A DNA stretch of 64,000 bases from a virus: IMG/VR virus record IMGVR_UViG_3300032213_003587, positions 32,001 to 96,000 of that record. The stretch is one strand, 5' to 3'. Positions 58,718 to 64,000 of this stretch are shown in pieces (position 1 is the stretch's first letter; each line of letters begins with the position of its first letter). Below the pieces are notes generated by a model that saw only the letters and a program-made list of their open reading frames with translations, made no database searches and had not been told where the DNA came from. The translations under genes were made by a program, and so were the position numbers.

Positions 58718-59672
58718 ATAGAATTTCTTTCAATCTGCGTTGGCAACTTGTCCAGCTCCAGTCCTCCTGCATGCGTCGCACCGCATCGGCGTGCTTTTCT
58801 ATGGCACCGGTGATGCTGCGATCCGGATAGGCTCGGCAATAGCTATGTATGTGTCGGAATGTTTCATTGCGACTAACTAACAAGGGACGACCCGATGCAA
58901 TGGCCTGATCGGTAACCGCGGCCAGGCCGGGCATATGACGATCATACATGAACATATTCAGGGTATTGCGACTGCACCATCGAATCAATTCTTCATCGGT
59001 AAAAAACTCACGAGTGAATTCTACTTCAATGCCGGGCCGAGCCTTGGACAAACAGGATTGACGAATCATTTCATACATGGTGTCCTGTGGATCAGCATAG
59101 CTGGCCTTGGGAATATTGATCTTAATCTTGGCTTCGTTCAATTCCTTGGCCGCGGCTTCCACAATGCGATCAAAGTATTTGTCCTGAGTAGCAAATCCAA
59201 AGCTGCCGATTACTGGAACATCCTGATGCTGATATTCATCAACAACAGCAGAAGGAATAGGTCTAGGGAAGGCATGAAAGCGAGCATTGTTGCTAACAAA
59301 AGTAGGATCCATAACCAGATAGCCATCAAAGTCGTCACTGAATAATCGACTATACGGGTTATTGGGCTCCATCTCCAGGATGATGCTATATTTAATTCCA
59401 GCCAATCTTGCAAAGTTTTCCGACCGGATATTCTCAGTACCACGCATAGTAATATCGTGGTAATTAAAGATGTAAACATCGTAGGGCTCTAGCTCCTGAT
59501 CATTAACAACAATGCGCCCCTGATAGAGGGCAGCCACATCAAAGTCCGGAATTTCTACGTAGTCCATGTCCCAGTGCTCGGCATCAGCCAAGGCACTGTA
59601 GATTTGGAGACCTGATTTATAGATGCTGCAGTTGGCTTCTCGTGTATTGAGAAATAGAAATCTTGGTTTCAT
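58707..59672 (-). CDS. Putative glycosyltransferase (paralog of 42911-43873)
   Basis: CSIY..G, FNYH, IGSFGF...K, NTLNMFMY, GLAAVTDQAIASGRPL...FRHI. Confidence 0.55.
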   Translation of the reverse strand: MKPRFLFLNTREANCSIYKSGLQIYSALADAEHWDMDYVEIPDFDVAALYQGRIVVNDQELEPYDVYIFNYHDITMRGTENIRSENFARLAGIKYSIILEMEPNNPYSRLFSDDFDGYLVMDPTFVSNNARFHAFPRPIPSAVVDEYQHQDVPVIGSFGFATQDKYFDRIVEAAAKELNEAKIKINIPKASYADPQDTMYEMIRQSCLSKARPGIEVEFTREFFTDEELIRWCSRNTLNMFMYDRHMPGLAAVTDQAIASGRPLLVSRNETFRHIHSYCRAYPDRSITGAIEKHADAVRRMQEDWSWTSCQRRLKEILFED

Positions 59673-59684
59673 AATTTACCATGG

Positions 59685-60662
59685 TTAAGCCCACACCTCT
59701 TCCCAGTTACCACTCAAGGCACCTTTGGCATAGTCTGTGGCGCGATTTTCAAAAAAGTTCGTATGAGTTGGAGCATTGATCATTTCTTCAACCCAAGGCA
59801 AAGGATTCTTTTTAACTTTGAAGATACCTTTTAGACCAAGACTAATCAGACGGCGATCAGCGATATAACGTATATATTGTTTGACTTCGGCAGCAGTTAA
59901 ATTTTCCATGCTGTTCACACCAAAGGCCAGGTCAATAAATTTATCTTCGAGCTCCACCATCTTTTCTGCGATTGAATAGATGCGTTCTTTGAGTTCGTCG
60001 TTCCAGATTTGCTTGTTCTCTTCCACATAGGTGCGGAACAGTTTGATCATGCTCTCGCAGTGCTGAGTCTCATCCACGATTGACCAGGTAATAATCTGTC
60101 CCATGCCCTTCATTTTACCGTGGCGTGGGAAGTTAAGTAGCATGATAAAGGAACTGAATAACTGCATGCCTTCGGTGAAAGCACTGAATACTGCAATGTG
60201 AGCAGCAGTACTAGCAACATCGCCATTCTGTGCGCTAATACCAAGTACGTAATCATGTTTATCCTTCATCTCCTGATATTCCAGAAATTCCGCATAGGTT
60301 GAATCTGGCATACCCAGAGTCTCAATGAGGTGACTATAGGCAGCTACATGCAAGGCTTCACGCGCAGCAAATCCCAGCAACATCATGCGAACTTCGGGCT
60401 GTTTAAAATACGGCAGATAGTTCTTTACATAACCACCGGCCACATCAATGTCGCCCTGTGTAAAGAAACGAAAGATGTTGGTCAAGAAGGTCTTTTCAGC
60501 TTCGGTTAATTTGTTCTTCCAATCTTTGACATCTTCCAACATGGGTACTTCGGTATGCAGCCAATGACTCTGTTCGTGTTTCAACCAGCTGTCATAGGCC
60601 CAGGGATAGTTAAAGGGCTTGAAACTATTTCTATCGTCTGTTAAATTGGTTTTTTTCTTCAT
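59685..60662 (-). CDS. nrdB: Ribonucleotide reductase class Ia beta subunit
   Basis: FKPFNYPWA, FFTQGD, EALH..AYS, EGMQLFSSF, DETQH, TNFFE.RATDY. Confidence 0.97.
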   Translation of the reverse strand: MKKKTNLTDDRNSFKPFNYPWAYDSWLKHEQSHWLHTEVPMLEDVKDWKNKLTEAEKTFLTNIFRFFTQGDIDVAGGYVKNYLPYFKQPEVRMMLLGFAAREALHVAAYSHLIETLGMPDSTYAEFLEYQEMKDKHDYVLGISAQNGDVASTAAHIAVFSAFTEGMQLFSSFIMLLNFPRHGKMKGMGQIITWSIVDETQHCESMIKLFRTYVEENKQIWNDELKERIYSIAEKMVELEDKFIDLAFGVNSMENLTAAEVKQYIRYIADRRLISLGLKGIFKVKKNPLPWVEEMINAPTHTNFFENRATDYAKGALSGNWEEVWA

Positions 60663-61303
60663 TACTTCTCCATTAGGGTGTCGACAAAATCCAACAATAA
60701 TTTATGTTGTACGCCACCGTGATACTCGTTTTTCATCCAGCTGTGATAGGTGTACCAGATAGGTGTGCTTTCTGGATGACAGCCTATGATGCCGATGTTG
60801 TTTTGTATAATAGCCATGGGATCGCCATTGGCATATCTTGCAATCGTCGTAAATTTTGTTTCATCGCCTGCCAGGGCACAACCGTCGAAGAAGAACATTT
60901 TATGTGGTTCACCATTCCAGGTTATGGGCATGGCCTTGGCGTGCGGTCGTTTTGTATCAGTATTTGGTCTTGTAATATATTGCACAGCATCCACATCCTT
61001 TAGTATATCAAAATAATGACTGCCGGCCCAATATGCGCCCATGCAGATACCCAAATACTTACCACCACGATTTAGAAAATCATATATCTTTGTTCCATTG
61101 TTATTGAACAGCTGATGCCAGGATTCGGAATCGCCTTCGCCACCGGGAAATGCTACTAGATCTACATCATCAAAAAAATCTCGTTCTACTGTGTGCTTGG
61201 TAAAAATTTTAAATGTATAGTTGGGAGATAACGCTTCGATTATACCATTGCCGCATTGTATGGAACATCGAGGGTGATGGATAAAAAGTGCTACTTTACG
61301 CAT
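60662..61303 (-). CDS. BPL_N / class I glutamine amidotransferase-like protein
   Basis: FPGG, YLGICMGAYWA, GCHPE. Confidence 0.8.
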   Translation of the reverse strand: MRKVALFIHHPRCSIQCGNGIIEALSPNYTFKIFTKHTVERDFFDDVDLVAFPGGEGDSESWHQLFNNNGTKIYDFLNRGGKYLGICMGAYWAGSHYFDILKDVDAVQYITRPNTDTKRPHAKAMPITWNGEPHKMFFFDGCALAGDETKFTTIARYANGDPMAIIQNNIGIIGCHPESTPIWYTYHSWMKNEYHGGVQHKLLLDFVDTLMEK

Positions 61304-61337
61304 TTTAATTTAATCTCCACTATTTGTCAATATATTT

Positions 61338-62102
61338 TTAAAGGCCAGGCCAGGCTGCAAGATTGGGTTTTTCGGTTTCGATGCGATTATTGGACGGCAG
61401 GGCAGGCATGAAATTGATGCCAGTGGCAGCTTCTACATCCGCAATGCTGACAGCATAGTGAGGAAGATCTTTAACCGGCAAGGCGGCATTTGGCATCAAA
61501 AAGGCTATGGCAGTATTGGACTTGGCATCAATCACTACTTTGAACAGACGGCTGGGTATGCCTACTTGACGACCGATGTTTTTATAACCGGGATCGTACA
61601 CAGTGCCACTGACAACATAGATGTCGCGACCAGATCGAACCCAGCCTCGCACCGCTGTTTCCAGCTGTTTCCAGATGCCGCGATTGTTGTTGGGTACCTG
61701 TGGCACCATGTTGCTGAGGAAGAAACTTTCGCTCATTATTTCTGCGGTCTGAGTATTGTCGGCACCGGGACTGAGATGACCGCGGTCAAAGGGCAGGCCA
61801 GCATAATCGCCGAGCACCGACTGATGCTGTTTTGGCACATCTGGATCTGCTCTAAAATCGTCCTTGCGTTTGGCCGGACCGCTGATGCTGGCCAGGGTGA
61901 GGTGCTGTACTACATACTCCGCTGTCTTGGTGTCATAGCGATAATGAATGGCATAGTTTTTCTTGCAGATGTACTGAGTATTGGCAGCAATGGCAGTAAC
62001 CGGTGCGCCGTTGAATACAAATTGACCGCACTGGTCATCTATGGGATTGGCTGCGGCTGCTGCACCAATCAAGCACAGAATCGCAAACATTATTTTTTTC
62101 AT
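61338..62102 (-). CDS. Secreted DNA/RNA non-specific endonuclease (NucA/EndA type)
   Basis: Signal peptide MKKIMFAILC; DRGH, SNMVPQ...NRGIW..LE. Confidence 0.9.
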   Translation of the reverse strand: MKKIMFAILCLIGAAAAANPIDDQCGQFVFNGAPVTAIAANTQYICKKNYAIHYRYDTKTAEYVVQHLTLASISGPAKRKDDFRADPDVPKQHQSVLGDYAGLPFDRGHLSPGADNTQTAEIMSESFFLSNMVPQVPNNNRGIWKQLETAVRGWVRSGRDIYVVSGTVYDPGYKNIGRQVGIPSRLFKVVIDAKSNTAIAFLMPNAALPVKDLPHYAVSIADVEAATGINFMPALPSNNRIETEKPNLAAWPGL

Positions 62103-62755
62103 TGTTTTTTCTCCTTGGTTGTTTCGTACATCACAGTATCGGTATCTCCCAAAAACCATTTTGGATTTTGTTCCACCACATATTTTTTAGTGCAGACCTT
62201 GAAGTCCGGAAATTTAAGTTCCGGCGGGTTGCTGGCTGCATCTAAAAATATGCAGCGGTTGTTGGGCTGGGCCGCATACTGTCCATTGTCTAGTTCAATA
62301 AAATTAAAACTCTTATGATCCTCCGGCCATTCAGCATAGCCGGTGTCCAATACATTGAAGTCCGGTGCACTGTGGTCCACGGTAAACATGTAGTTACCGT
62401 TGTAGAACTTTTTGTTTTTTGCGTAGAATTTGCAGCTGAGATTGCTTAAAAATGCTTTTTTGACTACGGTAAAATCATGACTGAAACAATCCCAGATCTG
62501 CAGGGTGTCTAGATCCAAAAAATTCCGTGCGTCAATATTTTCTCGGCGAGACACAAACGCTGATATTGGTAACTTGTCATACAATGCTCCGTAGTTAGGT
62601 AGATAGGCTTCGATGCGAAATGCCTGGCCGCGAATGCTTTTTATGCTGACCCAGATGCAGGGTTCAAACTCGCCGTGCCCAGATTTAAAATCATATAAAA
62701 ACTCTCGTCGAACCCAGCAGTGTATGGGTGGTATGTTGGCTGTTAAATGTGCCAT
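62099..62755 (-). CDS. Conserved hypothetical protein
   Basis: ANIPP..C.VRREFLYD, YGALYDKLPISAF, LQIWDCFS, HKSFN..L.NGQYAAQPNNR. Confidence 0.7.
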   Translation of the reverse strand: MAHLTANIPPIHCWVRREFLYDFKSGHGEFEPCIWVSIKSIRGQAFRIEAYLPNYGALYDKLPISAFVSRRENIDARNFLDLDTLQIWDCFSHDFTVVKKAFLSNLSCKFYAKNKKFYNGNYMFTVDHSAPDFNVLDTGYAEWPEDHKSFNFIELDNGQYAAQPNNRCIFLDAASNPPELKFPDFKVCTKKYVVEQNPKWFLGDTDTVMYETTKEKKQ

Positions 62756-62757
62756 GA

Positions 62758-64000
62758 TTATCCTTCGCAGGCTATGCAGACATCGTCACTGCTGGCCAGG
62801 GCCTTGAGATCAATTTCCTGGATTACCTGACGTTCAATTTTTTTAGCTACTTTATCGGCTTTGCCAATTTTTTCGCTTCGGCAATAGTATAAAGTCTTGA
62901 GACCGCTCTTCCAGGCTTGAAAATGTACTGCATGAATATACTTGACATTTGCGTCGGGTCGGAAGAAGAGATTGAGAGACTGAGCTTGGTCGATATGGGT
63001 CTGCCGGTCAGCGGCATGCTGTACAAGCCATCGTTGGTCGATTTCCATGCTGGTTTTGAACACATCTCGAGTCCAGTCGTCCAATAGGTCGGTAAGGTGT
63101 TGCACGCTACCGTCGTTGGCAATGATGCTGGCCCAGATTTCGTTGTAGTCCAGGTCATGATCTGCGGCGCACTTTTCCTGGATGATTCGGTCCAGCCATT
63201 TGTTTTTATTGAGCATGCTTCCTGATAATGTGTCTTGTCGATAAGCATTAGCACGTAGTGGCTCAATACTAGGGCTAGTATTACCCATGAGGATGGATGA
63301 ACTAGCATTGGGAGCAATAGCCATAACATGAGCGAACCGGCGACCAGTGCCACTACAGTCAGGAGCTTCACCTCGTTCCTTACCCAATTCAATATTTGCA
63401 TGATCTAATCCTTGACGAATGTGTTTAAAAATTTGTTGATTACGACCTACGGCCATGGGACTTTCCCAGGCCAGATTGTTCTTCTGCAGATAAGCATGCC
63501 AGCCTAAAGCACCAACGCCGATGCTGCGCTCACGAGTAGCAGAGTAAATGGCTCGGCTGATTGCACTAGGAGCATTATCAATAAAATACTGCAGCACATT
63601 GTCCAGCATTTCAGCAACGTCTCGGAGGAACAAGGCATCATGCTTCCACTCATCGTAGTATTCCAGGTTAAGCGAACTCAGGCAGCATACCGCGGTGCGT
63701 TCCTTGTTGGTGGGTAGAATAATTTCCGAGCATAGATTGCTTTGACGAATCTGCAGGCCGAGCTTCTTTTGAAACTCCGGCAAGGCTCGGTTACTGGCAT
63801 CGATGAAGTGAATATATGGCTCACCGGTCTGCATGCGCATTTCCAGAATACGCTGCCAGAGTTCACGGGCACTGACTCGATCCTTGACCGTGCCGCTGTT
63901 GGGATCACGCAGTTCCCAGGTATCGTCTGCGGTTTTATCTAGCATGCAGCGTTCAATGATGTGCATGAAGTCATCGGTGATGTTGATGCCGTGATGCAGG
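62758..64000 (-). CDS. nrdA: Ribonucleotide reductase class Ia alpha subunit (5' end outside window)
   Basis: TGEPY, SNLCSEI, VCCLSS, AIAPNASSS, DQAQSLN, LKTLYY, C-terminal CIACEG. Confidence 0.97.
   Translation of the reverse strand, partial: LHHGINITDDFMHIIERCMLDKTADDTWELRDPNSGTVKDRVSARELWQRILEMRMQTGEPYIHFIDASNRALPEFQKKLGLQIRQSNLCSEIILPTNKERTAVCCLSSLNLEYYDEWKHDALFLRDVAEMLDNVLQYFIDNAPSAISRAIYSATRERSIGVGALGWHAYLQKNNLAWESPMAVGRNQQIFKHIRQGLDHANIELGKERGEAPDCSGTGRRFAHVMAIAPNASSSILMGNTSPSIEPLRANAYRQDTLSGSMLNKNKWLDRIIQEKCAADHDLDYNEIWASIIANDGSVQHLTDLLDDWTRDVFKTSMEIDQRWLVQHAADRQTHIDQAQSLNLFFRPDANVKYIHAVHFQAWKSGLKTLYYCRSEKIGKADKVAKKIERQVIQEIDLKALASSDDVCIACEG

Noticed and set aside
59685-64000. Introns or inteins in nrdA/nrdB
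   Set aside because: Frames are continuous and of normal length in the visible part

Overview
A 64-kb segment of a large T4-like myovirus (T4 superfamily, cyanophage/freshwater-phage-like gene order), probably infecting a Proteobacterium; the pqqA peptide looks betaproteobacterial (inference). Bases 1-21.5 kb hold the baseplate/tail module: gp8, gp7, gp6, gp25, PAAR, a Gly-rich adhesin, a multidomain gp5, a hub protein, gp53 and gp48 on the minus strand, then gp4, gp2, gp54, gp26, gp51, a holin-like gene and a gp29/tape-measure-like gene on the plus strand. Bases 21.5-64 kb are all minus strand: gp32, gp59, gp33, ligase, dsbA, RNase H, dCMP deaminase and nrdA/nrdB, interleaved with many accessory genes (glycosyl/methyltransferases, PhoH, UvsE, rubrerythrin/rubredoxin, GroES, cell-wall enzymes, a PBP). 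The most notable elements are absent from the ORF track: a 24-aa PqqA precursor peptide gene, a circularly permuted two-piece tmRNA (tag ANDELYALAA), a candidate H-type pseudoknot leader, and repeated sigma70 promoters that appear to make leaderless mRNAs, two of which flank a GIY-YIG gene as a direct repeat. The gp5 carries SGNH-esterase, lysozyme-like and split, catalytically degenerate M15-like domains. All protein calls rest on motif recognition and synteny; no database searches were run.
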